Assembly (NCBI GenBank): GCA_044892525.1
Contig: CM097886.1
Location: 184,934,312-184,998,311, forward strand
DNA length: 64,000 nt
Source of the DNA: Schmidtea polychroa
Taxonomy: Eukaryota
Direction: 5' to 3'
Positions 48,501-61,700 of this stretch are shown here, one piece after another. Both the position numbers and the translations under genes were made by a program. Every line of letters begins with the position of its first letter. The stretch's first letter is position 1. The notes below the pieces were generated by a model. The model was given only the letters and a program-made list of their open reading frames with translations. It made no database searches and was not told where the DNA came from.

Positions 48501-51500
48501 ATGTTTTTGGAAGCAAATTATTACAGGAGTCAAGATGTGGGTTTTTTCGTAATTCTAGTGACTGTAAGCAGTGGATTCAGCCTAGTCAAAAAAATCAGGA
48601 AGTTTTTATAGGGCGCTACAAAAAGAAACTTATTCGGATCGTCGAGTTATCGATGGTAACATTTATTCTGAACAACTACAGCAAGTTCATGATACTTTGA
48701 GCACTCGCTACCCGGGATTGTTGAATCGCAACAGATCCATCCTACAGCATGATAATTCCCCATTTCATACATTGCAAAGGGTGAAAGAGAAAATTCAGGA
48801 ACTGCAGACCATCGAAATCATCTCCCATACTGATTATCATTTGTTGCGGTCTCTTTCATCCTTTTTGGTTCAGAGGAAGAGGTCAATTTGACAAGGACTA
48901 CCTTATAGTCGAAAATATTTTCATTTTTATCAAATATATTATTCGCAGCAAAATGCTTAAATTATCATTTAATTGTTTATAATGTTTTAATAGATATTGG
49001 AAATTCAATATTTTAATAAAATTATGCTTTTTGAAAGTTATGATATATTTGTAATTTTGTAGCAATAACAAAATAGTACAATAAATGTTTTCCTAGTCTC
49101 CCTCGTTTGGCCATTTATACTTTCATTGTATTCATCTTGCATTATAATTAATAAATACGTGGTTCCCTCAATTAGTACTTAGACTCGACAAGAAATAAGC
49201 AACCGGTTTTTTTCAAACTTTCCCCTAACAATCAAACACCATGTAAAAGTTTATTTCTCAATGTAGAGTCCGTTAACTTCCACGTATTTTCACCATCGTT
49301 ACACCAAGTCCAAAATTCACTTTTCATAGACAGTTTTGAGATATGAAGTCAGTTGGGACTGTAAGATAGATGAGACACCAGTGAAAATACATAGGAGACA
49401 TTTGTTGCTTTTGTCAGTTGGGATGTGGAGATTAGGGCATTATCAAGTCATAGCCAGATTTCATTATTTCCTTTTTTCTGTCGCTTTCTTCTTGCTTTCT
49501 GTACTGATTGTACATTTTTTACTTTTGATTTTGACATATGATGCAACAAATATAGAATATCACAAAACATTGTGATGATCAGACATTTTTTGTGATATGA
49601 GGCAGTTTTCATTTCCAATGACGGTTCTTCCTTTGCATCTTCCATAACGTTTGGTTTCAGTTAGGTATAGGCGCAGATTATGTATTTTAGGAAGGCATCA
49701 CGTAAATTATCTATGAAATTAAATGAAACTTTAGCATTATTAGATGCAATTTTAACACTATTAAATGTAAATGTCATACTAATAAATGGGAAAACTTTTA
49801 TTGTAAATATTTGATATTGATATTTTAAACTCCTTGAAATAATACCTTCCAGATTAGAAATGAATATTTTCCGGGGGGAATCTGGTATTGGCGGATGCCG
49901 AACACTGAGTCGAGTTCAAATATAATAAAAATAAAGTTAATATGGGTCCTAATATAGGACCCGAATGAACAATCTAGTTAAGTAGGGGCAATCGAATTAT
50001 CCGGCGAGGAATTAAATTGGGATAGGCTGTCGAAAAAATAAATGAATTGCCAAAACTAATTAAGTCGACAAGAGGAAGCCCGGAAGAAATTTAGCAAAAG
50101 TAATTTGATGAAGGGATATTATAATTACGAGATGGGTTTAAAAGAAAGAAGAAAGAAGAGTGATATTACAGTCAAAGGAAGTAAAGGCCAATTTAACTTT
50201 AGTGCTAACAAAATCGTTTTGAATCTAGCGTAGAAAGATTTATTCTTGCGTAAGATTGAGGTTGAAATTTGAAAAGTGTGCAGAGTAAAAGGAGTTATTT
50301 AAAGTTGTGTAAATTGAGATTGTTTCATTAAAGTGTGTAATTGTGATAATTTCGAATAAACATTATTGTTTTGGGTTGTTTGATTTGCTTAAAAAAAGAA
50401 CATCAAGGAATAAGACAGTGATACTGACTTGCACAAAATACCCAATAAATCTAATAAGGTGGCAGAGTAAAAGAATCCTTAGACAAAGTAAGAAATGAAT
50501 TTGATTTTGCTGGATTATTAGAAAAATCCGAATTATAAAAATAATTTGTTTTTCACAGTCGGTAAAATCTAATATTGACATAGTCCAAGTAAATGAATTG
50601 ATTGGTCAATTTGAATAAATTATGCATCATTTCATATAGGAAAATCGATTTTCAGATAATATTGATAAAAAAATATAATTTTGTTGATTAAAAATAAAAG
50701 TTGTAGTAAAAAAGCATTAATGAGATAGAAAATGGTTATATGAATGACAGTATTGGTGGGGATTATTATTAGGATTATTGGAAATTTTATATTGCCTTAT
50801 TCTTTTATTTATTAGGATAACGAAATTCTTCATTATACTACCAAGAGTAATCCTATGGTTATTGTGAATCACTCTCAATATGAATCTGACGATTCTTTAG
50901 TACTTCTGACTGTCTATAAACCTTTATCTAGTTTCAACGATAAATCTCCAAACAAGAATCTCATTTTCTCCGGTTCAAAATTAGGATGGGTTAGGGTCCA
51001 TGATATAGCTGATTTGAATAAAACAACCTTTGAAATTGATGCTCATTCGCAATCCGAGGTTGTCTGTATGATACCGGATCCCTTGAACAGTAGACTTTAC
51101 ACTTCGGGAATGGATAACAGTATCAAACTTTGGTATGTTTATCCTTTTGCAGTGGAACCTTTGTCAAAGATTTTATCCTTTTTCTGTGGACTTCTTCCGT
51201 CGAACTTGATTAACATCAATAACTATTTGTTTACTGTTTTCCAAGACCCAGACCGAGCTCATTATCCTTGTGTTGTTTACAATATTGATACTCGTGGCAG
51301 ATACGATCATTCCCCGTCGGATGATCACATCGAACCGGTGAGCTCTATCAGTGCATGTGAACGAATGAAACTTTTCCTCTCGTGTTCAGCCGGAACAGAG
51401 AATGTGATAAAAATATGGACGCATAGAAATGTTCTTTTACGACAAATCGAAATGCATTTCCCCGTCAATTATGCTATTTTCTCCTCGTTTCAAGGTGACA

Positions 51501-53998
51501 TATTGACAGGAATTGGCCATCAAATATCTTATATAGATCATACAAAGTTCCTTCCAAAGCTTTTTGTCAAGAAACAAGTTTTGATGTATTTCGAAGAAAA
51601 GGCTGCATTGAATGAAAATCCATTGGAAATCAACGAAGAAATCCTTCAATCGAAATTCAGTTCTGAAGATCGCGATAAATTGAATGGAATCAAATCTGTG
51701 TTTAAGTATGAAAGTTATGTTGACATACTGACAGAGGAAGAAGAACTAAAATTGAATATGGTCAACAAGTTCAAGAAGAATAATCTAGATCATTTACATA
51801 GATTGGAAGATGACATAAGAAAGATACAACAAGGGGAACATGATAAACCGAAAAGAAAATATGAGAGTTTTATAGAAACTCCATCGAAAACCGATGTTTT
51901 TAACCATTACTTTTCTCAAATTGTCAAATATCCTAAAATAAGCCTTCCTGTGGAGGAGGAAGATATCAAATCCAAATCAAGTTTGAAATCAGTAATTCCA
52001 GATAAATACACTAAATCTGACAAAGAAGGATTCTTTCCATCTCGAGAAACAATCAGCAAAATAATGGTGCCAGATAATCTTAGAAAAGGGGGCTATATTC
52101 CCAACTCGGCAGTTTTACAATCATTGTGGCCTCCGAAAGTTTTAAGTGAAAAAGCAGATATCTGGAGGCCAACACTGTTGTCTGAACTCGATATCAAGCA
52201 ATTGGAGTTATTGAAGACAACAGTGGTTGAAATTGAGGAAGAAGAAACAAAATATTTTGAATGGGACTCAGATAAAGAATCCGAACGAACTGTCGCATCT
52301 CCAGAGCAGATAGAGCAAATAGAGGTTTTGTCTGAAAATCTTTCAGAAGATCTTATGAGTAAATATGGTTCGATATTAGAAGAAAAGCAATCTATTAATG
52401 AAGAAATTACTGGGGAAGAGCTTGACACTAAATCTTTAGAGAATGAACCACCAATAGAAATTAAGAAACGCCCGGAAACTACAAAAGTTACTAAAGAAAG
52501 TTTAAAGTTACCATTAATTGCTCGAAAACCAGCTACCATGCCGGAGATAAAACTCGTAAGATTCGTATCATCAGCTGAAGATATTCCGGAGGAGGTAAAA
52601 TCTCCAAAGCTTTCAATGGACATCAAGAAAGATAATACAGATATGTCTTCGTTTTTCATAACTCAAATACCAACTGAAGCGAAACCCCGGTTGGGCAAGA
52701 ATTCAGTTCTACCTAAGTTTCTCTCTCAATTCGAAACGGAGGCATGGTTCAATAGAATTTGTCCGCCTCCTCACAATGATGAAACGTGTTTGAAAGGCTT
52801 ACCAACCCCTTTAACTGCAAACAGTTTTACCATGCATTTGTTGCATTCGCTTAAAGATTTCAAAGATTCGGAACTAGTAGAACTTGTAAATGCAATCAAT
52901 TACCTTTATTCCAATGAAACTATTGAAAAGAGAAACATCCCAGAGATTAATAAAGTAATCGAAAAGGAAGTTATGCAACTAGAGAGTGTTGAAAAAAAAA
53001 CAGAAATATCATTGTTCAAATCATGCTTACACTTAATGGCTTCATTGGAGGGAATTTCTGATAAGTCTTTGGTGACAATCTGTTTGAGTCGGTTTTTTGA
53101 TGCAGATCCCGAACTGAAAAGTTTTCTCAAATCTATCCTTTATCATTTAGGATTGGAAGACAACACGGACTCGGTTGAACGAGAGTTAACGAATTTCAAA
53201 TTGTTTTCAGTGAGAACTGGTGCAGAACGAATGCAAGATTTGCGCAAAATCATTTCCGATTGGTTGGAAAAATGGTTTCAGAGCATGTCTCTATTTGCAG
53301 CTGAATGTCGGGAAATCATTGGTAAAGAAATGCATCTCATTGGCACCCGACACGGAAATCTCTCCAAATCCACTGTCATTTGTTTGGAAAGCGTCAAAAA
53401 CGTTTTCCATTGTCATATTTTGTCACCGGCAGATTTGGTTTTGCTTTATCCCCATGAGAAAAATCCCAAATCGATTCTCAATTATATTAATTGCCTCAAT
53501 TATTTCCGGTTCAAAAAATTGGGGAAAGAACATTCTGTCGTTTCTGATATGAAGCCCGAAACCGCTGGACCGAAGAAAACTATTGTGTCTTTACCGAAAC
53601 TAAATCCAGAGAAACAGTTTCTTGTAAGGCTCGGAGAATCTCATGCTTTGGGAGTGGAAGAAAAAACGAGAAAAGACTTTTTAGCTTTGGTAGAGTATTT
53701 TAATGGTAAATTATTAAAAATAAAAAGAAATTATTTTTTTCAGAACACAACATCCAATAGGAGTAATATTTCAGATTGTACTCAACATCCTTCTATGCAA
53801 CCGTTTCATCATTATCAAGTAGCTCTAGGAGGAGGATTTGTTCCTTTCATGCATTTACATCTGAAGCCTTGCTTGGTAAATCCCTTTCCAAAAGAAGAAG
53901 ACTTCATAGAATGGGAAAAGGCTAATCCAAAATCATTATTCGGAAGCTATAACAAAGCGTTTATTCCCCAATTTTCATTACCCCCTGAACCATTTTGA
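42590..53998 (+). CDS. WDR97: WD repeat-containing protein 97; join(42590..42681,42727..42862,42913..43122,46752..47645,50816..53998), about 1504 aa
   Basis: All junctions are GT-AG and keep frame (4515 nt). Segments ERWNLLRKS..KLSHGIEFVRR, LLIWQFRY, MVFVGHT and WYVYPFA..FQDPD..DHSPSDDH..IKIWTHRNVLLR are co-linear with recalled human WDR97. The paralogue WDR87 is not fully excluded. Confidence 0.85.
43242..44680. repeat. 159-bp tandem satellite, about 9 near-identical units, in WDR97 intron 3; degenerate units continue to about 45310 and at about 46170-46670
   Basis: Unit starts at 43407, 43566, 43725, 43884, 44044, 44203, 44362 and 44522 (spacing 159-160; variation is in the C-run). Confidence 0.95.
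45545..46085 (-). mobile_element. Probable solo LTR, 541 bp
   Basis: TGTCACCA...TGGTGACA termini and AATAAA on the minus strand; it interrupts the degenerate satellite. No TSD match. Confidence 0.55.
48240..48885 (+). mobile_element. Degenerate mariner transposase relic in WDR97 intron 4
   Basis: RVPHDL-like segment, FWKQIITG..WVF, ILQHDNSPFHT and DYHLLRSL motifs in broken frames. Confidence 0.8.
49177..49690 (-). mobile_element. Second mariner relic (3' end with TIR), opposite orientation
   Basis: DNAL..TS and SHLSYSP motifs on the minus strand; TA-flanked terminus TACTTAGACTCGACAAGAAATAAGCAACCGG at about 49177. Confidence 0.55.
49861..50420 (+). mobile_element. Possible LTR-derived segment in WDR97 intron 4
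   Basis: Purine-rich, more GC-rich than flanks, with hairpin GGGTCCTAATATAGGACCC, AATAAA near 50356 and CA-ending candidates. Boundaries and TSD not established. Confidence 0.3.
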
Positions 53999-54499
53999 AA
54001 TGAGTGATTTGAAACGATAAAGTTGATTGTGTTTTTTTTTTGTTTTATTTTTGTAAGTTTCTATTTTAATATTTTTGTCATTTTATTTTAGGAAATCATT
54101 GATGTTATCTAAAGGCAGAGATTCGAACCTGAACTCAACCGGAAACCGTACTGAAATGGAAATGCTCTATTTTAGTTTTATTCTGTTTATATCGATCTTT
54201 CCAGTGTGAAAGGTTAGGTCAAGGTTGTCGAGCTAACTTTGAGGTTTTAAGGGTGTGTTTGCCATTAAAATTCAAAGTGAGTTATTCTAGAGTTATTAGC
54301 ATTGAAGTGTTCAGTTAGTCTTTATTCCCCTTGTTCAGTTTTGTGTTAGTTTTTGTTTTTGTTTAAAATAGAAGTGTAGGAAAATGATAATTTAAAAATT
54401 ATAAATATTGTTCATTATCTAAACTCTAAATTGGTAGGATAACAAATAATCTCTCCCAGAATAATAAAACAACCCGTAACCAATGCGTTAGAGGATTGT

Positions 54500-55430
54500 T
54501 AGTAATTCCTGTAATGTATTGTAATATCTTATTTTTTATCTTTTGTTAGTTATATGGTTTAAATGTAAATTACAATCTCACACGTTGCACGTGGAGAAAA
54601 ATTTGTTTTTTACTTATCTTTTTTATTAAAAAAACTATATAGCGATAATTTACCTTGGTGAATTATCGCTATAGAAAATTGTTTAAAAATAAAAATAACC
54701 CATAACATTAAGAATCCAGTTGAATTTTGTAAAAGAAACAAATAATTACTTTTCTAAAAATTGGGTATCAAAAAAATGGCTAGGAATAAAATAACGGTTC
54801 TGTAAATGCCGATAATTTTTGGACAAATGTCGGTAATCCCCGGAGGAATTGATGTATTATTGATTAGCTGAAAAGATACGAGTAGTCAGTTGGTTGAAGA
54901 AACAAAATTAGTGAGAACTTACGAAATCATTCAAGTAAAATTAAGAGAACATTATAAGGTATCGTACCAGAGAGCTGATCACCCCTTGGGCAATCTACCT
55001 TATGATAACGATTTTTGACTAAAGAAAAATACAAATCGAGTGACTAATTGTAGTTGGGATAGAGTTTGAATAAAGTTGTTCTGTGTTGGGTTTAAGTTAT
55101 TTGATTGGTCAAAGACACGAAGAGTAAGAAACTATCCTACTTGTTAAATAATAACTTAACGCTATAGTGAAGCCGGGCAATAAATGATAGTAACTAAAAT
55201 AGCCACCTTGGATTAGCAGAACTCAAAATATTATTTCAAAGAAGTAAAATTTCAACTTTTTGGAGGCCCTTAAACAGTTGCATTTCTTGAAGTTATCGGT
55301 TTATCAAGTTTTACTAGCAAAAGTTGAAAGTGTTGAGTCATAATTGTTGTTCCACAGATTCTTGGCACATTTTTTATCAGTATAATAACTCAATATAATA
55401 ATAATTTATTATTATTACGAATTACAATCG
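54500..55430 (+). mobile_element. Possible LTR-derived segment related to 45545-46085
   Basis: Shares AAAAAACTATATAGCGATAATTTAC (about 54632) with the reverse complement of about 46031-46057. Boundaries uncertain. Confidence 0.35.
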
Positions 55431-56987
55431 TCCAAATTTTCACCGATACATATGTTCCTTTGATAATAATGGCAGGTGACCCAGAAAGAAACCCTCTCAA
55501 ATAAGGAATCTGAGTAACTTCTCTTTTAAAATTCTCAGACTTTTCACTCTTTTTCCTTGGTCACTTTTGTCTTCAACATAGATGGCGACTTGTTTAAATT
55601 TAGGGTTCATTTTGTAGAGCTTTCTTTCAAATTCAAGTCAAACTCAATTACGAGAATCTGGAAAAGTTTTCTTAATTTAATCGTTTTTATTTTAGCTTGA
55701 CAACCTGGCATTTTGCCTGTCTTAATTAGATTTTTGTTTTTCTTAATTAATTAATTTATAAATTTTTATTTCCTAAATGACTTGCCTGAGGACACTCGAT
55801 CGATTTTATATTACTATATTCCTATTTTTCTCCATCATTTTTCACCTGATTATATCTGTTTTTACTGAAAAGTATTATTTTTTGGTTTGTAAAATTAACT
55901 TTCTCACTTCACTATTATTTTGCTACTTTGTGTTAAATTTTATATTTCTCTTGCTTTTGTCATAAGTCGATGTCACTACGTCACTGGTTTCTTGTAAAAT
56001 GTGCAGTCCCTGAGGTAAGAATTATAAGACGCCATAAAAATGTTTTCAGGTTTTCTTTTTACAAAAATTTATTGAATTTAAAAGAAAATTTTTAATTCAA
56101 TAAAAATATATGAAAAAAAAACAAATTGAAAAATCGTTTTTATACATGTTAATTTAAACAAAAATGATTTATTTATTTGATTCACGGACGCCTCAGAATT
56201 TTGGTGACGCATTGATAACGAGTGACTCATCCAGAGAATGTAAGGCGGAAACAAAATTCTCCATACGAGAGAGTAATATCTTGAAGAATGTTTTTCCTTA
56301 ATCTAAGAAATAATGTGTGAACCACGTCTATCGAGCTCATGAGGTCGTCCAGTGTTCACATTAAATGTTAAAAAAAAGAGGAAGTAACTTTCTATGAATG
56401 ACCTTCATATTTCTAAAGCCTCTCAACCAAAAAGGAAAAATTGGAATTCTACGTGTTCTTCCAAGCAATCCTCGGAGTTTGCTGATTGTATGAAGCAAGT
56501 CATCAAGTCCGCTGCTTTCACTTCTAATGAGCCATTCAAACAATTCAAGAAGTTTACTGGTTGTATGGAGCAATCCATCAAGTTCACAGCTCTCCATCTT
56601 CTGACTTTAATTTTCCCTTCAATCCTACTGTCAAATTTTTCGTCCCTACCTGAGGCAAAATGCCTTTTACTTCTTAGTTTGAGCTTCTTTATATGGTTAA
56701 AATAATTGTATTGACTGATGGTTTTTCAACTAGATCGTCTTCAGTTGACAATCTTTACCTAGCGCCCTTTTTTATCATTTCTCCTTTGAAAGAAATAATT
56801 TTTTTTCCCACCGTGAGTCTTCCTCGTGATAATATTTTAGCCATGATTTTTCTCTTACCAATTTGACTAAAGACTTTGTAATTTTTTCTCTTCGATCAAC
56901 CGGCATTTTCCCAACAATGTTGTTTCCTTTTATATTGGTGCTCATCCCAATAATTTATGAGAAATAATAATTGAATAGGCTCTCGAC

Positions 56988-57264
56988 CAGTGGCGTAACT
57001 AGGGGGGGCAGGGGGGACATTTGTCCTCGGGCGCCAAAATTAGGGGGCGCAAAATTAGGGAAGCCAATTTGGAACAAAAATTAAGTAATAAATTATTCTT
57101 AAGATCTAAGAGATTAATATATTTTTTATTAAAATCTGTTAAACCTGTTTCGTTATTCGTCATTAATATTCTTTAAAAAAATTAAATTAAATATATATAT
57201 ATATATAAGGGGGCGCTAATTTTTCAGTTGCCCCCAGGCGCAAGAACATCACGGTACGCCACTG
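56988..57264. mobile_element. hAT-type MITE, 277 bp
   Basis: TIR CAGTGGCGTA / TACGCCACTG and perfect 8-bp TSD CTCTCGAC (56980-56987, 57265-57272). Confidence 0.93.
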
Positions 57265-58745
57265 CTCTCGACCAAAGTTTGTGAAAAACAAAATAATTGA
57301 ACAGGCGCCCTCTCGCCTTTCTTCAAAGGTCTCATTTCGCTAATTCAAAACTAATAATTTTGAAAGGAAGCCAAATTCCATTATACACTTGTTTACCACT
57401 CGGGTTTCCCACATGGCTCGGGTTTTCTACATACTATATAAATTATTTATTTATTTTTTAATTAATTTGTAATTATTGAATATATTTTTCTGGTGACTTC
57501 ACTGGTTTCATATTACTATATCTGTGTTCGTCTCAACGTTCGCAATCTTTACATACCGATATACCACGGAATACTTCATTTTGATTACGTATAAGTTCAA
57601 CAATAGAAAACGCACGCTTAATACACCAATTTCTGAGAAACCATGTTAAAAAAAAGTTGGGAGAAATTGTTCAGTTTATCTATTATTTACTCATTAGTTT
57701 CTAATTCTTTCGGGTCAACCATCTATTATTTAGGCACCGAGGGGATGAAGGGTGTCCATAGTTACTGATTTACGTACTAGAGTGTATGGGGGTTATGAAA
57801 AGGTAATCAAATAATGCGCATGTACGTTAAAAATAAAATAATTGTAATGCTACGGATTACAAGATTTTGTTGTCAATTAGGAGTCAAATTAAGTTCCGTT
57901 TTAGATTTAATCTTAGTGTTAACCGGTATTGTTTGAACAGATACATTATATAAAACACGTGAATGTGGTTAAAATGACCTATTTTGATGAGACTAGTGAT
58001 CGTAGTTCCCAAGAATAAATTAGAATGAACATAAAATCGACGGTCAGACAGCGTAAGGCGATCATGCGTATGTACGATTGGGGGTATACGCTGTTTAAAT
58101 CGTAATATTTTGGTGTATATAATATATAATTCTTTAAACTTCCCTTCTTTGTAATCACCAACAATCCCTATTATGTTCCATTTGTTCCCCAGGTATTTTA
58201 GTTCCAATATTAGTAAGAAATTGCCACCGCCCAATCCGGATTCGCATGACCAATAACAACAATTCACTCAAACCATAAAATATTTCCAGCGGTTCCCAAG
58301 TTTTTGGAGTCTCCAAAACATAAGAATTTACACGTTACACAGAATTTTCACTTATTGTGTGTTCCTAACCGCCAATTTCACGGTTCTCACGTAACTTCCT
58401 TGATAAACCCTAGAGATCCAGGGAGAACGCGTAGCTGATCAGTGCCATGTACAATATGGCCAAGGAGACACGTTATCCCAATTATCGGGATCCAAATGGA
58501 TATCATCCAATCAATAATTCAGTAAAATGAAATCAATATGCAATTTATAGAATCAATCATAGCAATGACAGAAATTAAATCGATGAATACAAAATCAATT
58601 ATAATAATCAATAGAAATAAAATCGATAAATACAAAATCAATGATAATAATCAATAGAAATAAAATCGATAAATAAAAAATCAATAGAAATAAAAACAAT
58701 AAATTTATTGAAACCACATCGCAACAAAAGACGGAACTCGAGTTT

Positions 58746-61700
58746 CTAATCAGATTTATTGCTGTCCTCCTCAACGTCTTCCTCATCCCAATCTTGTGAT
58801 AAAGCCGCATCGATCTCGTTCTCAATCTCCTCTCCAATAGAGTTGTGATCAGATGCCGAGCTGTGACTGGCATCGTTGCCACTGACAACAGCAGGAACAC
58901 TGGGAACATAGGGGGCCACGTCGACTGGTTTGGTTCTCACTTCCTCAATTGGGTTTCGCTCCCACATGTGTTGGCGCTGCAAATATGTATTTGCGGGCAT
59001 TTTCTGGCACTCCAGTGAGGTCTGTTTGAGATGGGCTTCGATTCCTTTCATTTCCTAGATAGATCAATATTATCGATCAATTATACCAATAAATATATAA
59101 TCAATAATATCGATAAATATATAATCAATAATATCAATAAATATATAATCAATAAAATCAATTGTTATAAGTCACCTCGTAGCCTGGGAATAAATTCGGA
59201 TATTCAGCGGGATTGGCCAGCGCTTCAGCAACTTTCTTATTGGCCTTTGTAGCGAGGTGTAGCTTCCAGAGCTCGACAACCTCCGGCACCCGACTGGGCA
59301 AATAGGCCCGCCCAAAGAATCCTGCCTCGGAATACCTGCCGGAATCAAGGAGCAACTGTAAGCAACCATCAAGATCATTGAGAAGGAATCGAGAGAGGAA
59401 TGCAATGTTCTGCTGGCCATCATCAGTTGCCTTTTCGGTCAATTTCTCCATCATTGATCGATTGCCGGTGCTGCTGGCCAGCAACAGGAGGCTGCCGTAA
59501 TCGTGAGCACGAGCCATGCATTCTTGGGCCAGTTGGAAATTGCACGCCTTCGTAGCGGCATCCGCGATCTGTGACAACCAATCAGTAAATCGATAAATCA
59601 ATCAATATTTCCAATCAATCAAATATCAATCAGCCAATCAATCAAATATCAATCAGCCAATCAATCAAATATCAATCAGCCAATCAAATATCAATCAGCC
59701 AATCAATCAACCAATCAATCAGCCAATCAATCAACCAATCAATCAAATATCAATCAGCCAATCAATCAACCAATCAATCAAATATCAATCAGCCAATCAA
59801 ATATCAATCAGCCAATCAATCAAATATCAATCAGCCAATCAATCAAATATCAATCAGCCAATCAATCAAATATCAATCAGCCAATCAATCAAATATCAAT
59901 CAACCAATCAATCAAATATCAATCAGCCAATCAATCACCCAACCAATCAATCAATATTACATTATTCAATAAATCAGCTAATCAATCAATCGTACCAGTT
60001 TCCATTTCTGATCGGTGCTGTTGTCCTTGTCACCGTCAACGATATCGAATGCCAGATCCAATTTATTCAGGCTCAATGCCAATTCGAATTTGTGCTCCAT
60101 ATCGGTTGTCACTGCCAACGCCTTGTCCTTGAATCCCTGCTTCTCCAGGAACTGTGCAACCCTTGCCAATTGGTCCCTAGGGATGTTCACTAGCACTCCA
60201 TCGGCACTGTCGAAATCGCCCCGCATGATCAATGTCTGATACTCGAGCACCGCCAGCAGCAATGTGTAACTGATGATCTGGATCAATTATCAATATATTA
60301 AATAATATGAAATCTGTGTAAATAAAATATCGATTTCTCACCTGGAGACTCCTGTCTGCCAGGAACACTCGATTCTCCTTGGGCAGGTAGCCCAGCAGGT
60401 ACATGTGACGCTCCAGGTGGGCAACTGTCACCATCTCGCCCCCAACACTGTACTGCAATCGGTTGGCCGAATTGGTGTAGAGGAAGCAATCACCTACCCA
60501 AGCGGCATTCTTGACGACATCATTGATTTCCCCGCTTTCGGTTAGCTAGAATATATAATCAAATCAATAAATATCGATAATATATGATCAAATCAATAAA
60601 TATCGATAATAATATGATCAAATCAATAAATATCGATAATATATGATCAAATCAATAAATATCGATAATATATAATAAAATCAATAAATATCGATAAAAT
60701 ATAATCAAATCAATAAATATCGATAATATATGATCAAATCAATAAATATCGATAATATATAATCAAATCAATAAATATCGATAATAATATGATCAGATCA
60801 ATAAATATCGATAATATATAATCAAATCAATAAATATCGATAATAATATGATCAGATCAATAAATATCGATAATATATGATCAAATCAATAAATATCGAT
60901 AATAATATGATCAAATCAATAAATATCGATAATATATGATCAAATCAATAAATATCGATAATAATATTATCAAATCAATAAATATCGATAATAATATTAT
61001 CAAATCAATAAATATCGATAATATATGATCAAATCAATAAATATCGATAATAATATTATCAAATCAATAAATATCGATAATAATATTATCAAATCAATAA
61101 ATATCGATAATAATATTATCAAATCAATAATTAGAAATGATTGAATGATCAAATCTACCTCGAATGCGCTCTCGATTCCATCCTCACCAACACCGGCAGT
61201 AACATCATCGGCACCGGGCGCATTGTACCGCAGAATGTAGAACATCTCATCAGTCACTACCGCCACCAGCTGGCCCGATTCATTCCAATAGACCGCCTTC
61301 GGTAGCACCTCGATCCGACGCACCAATGTGCCCGTGTTCCAGTCATAGAATGCCAAACTCGATACCGACCGCACAGCCAACAGGACGCCACCGAATATCA
61401 TTTCCACTCCAAAGTCTGGCTTGAAACTTCTTTCTTCTTTGAAATTTCTGAATATCTATATTTCCCAATATTAATCAATAAATCAATAAATTCACAATTA
61501 ATCAATAATTGACAGGTCATTAATCAATCAATAATCAATCAGTTAATCAATAATCAATCAGTTGATTAATCAATAATTGATAATCAATCAATCAGTTAAT
61601 CAATCAATATCGGCCTTACCTTGATGAGGCCGGATCCGTCACGGATTGCGTACATATTCGGATCGATTTGTGACCAAACAAACTCGTGTGCCTGCCCGAA

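Noticed and set aside
52093-52659. 188-aa minus-strand ORF and other ORFs overlapping WDR97, COPB2 or the hAT transposase
   Set aside because: Antisense or alternate-frame shadows of real coding exons.
56715-56750. CUGAAGA...GAAA on the minus strand as another hammerhead; likewise CTGATGA at about 15286
   Set aside because: Stem II is weak, stem III is not palindromic and there is no stem I; the second lies inside the transposase ORF.
56200-56960. Coding-like minus-strand segment with a short internal repeat
   Set aside because: Broken in all frames and I recognise no motif; possibly a retroelement relic but unsupported.
58045-58100. Short hairpin GACAGCGTA...TACGCTGTT
   Set aside because: Only a 9-bp stem with no family motif; no tRNA, snRNA, SL RNA or rRNA signature was recognised here or elsewhere in the window.
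58410-58505. Cluster of six 6-bp palindromes (MluI, BclI, BsrGI, MscI, BamHI, EcoRV sites) resembling a polylinker
   Set aside because: Sites are irregularly spaced, no vector sequence is adjacent, and one such cluster in 64 kb is plausible by chance.
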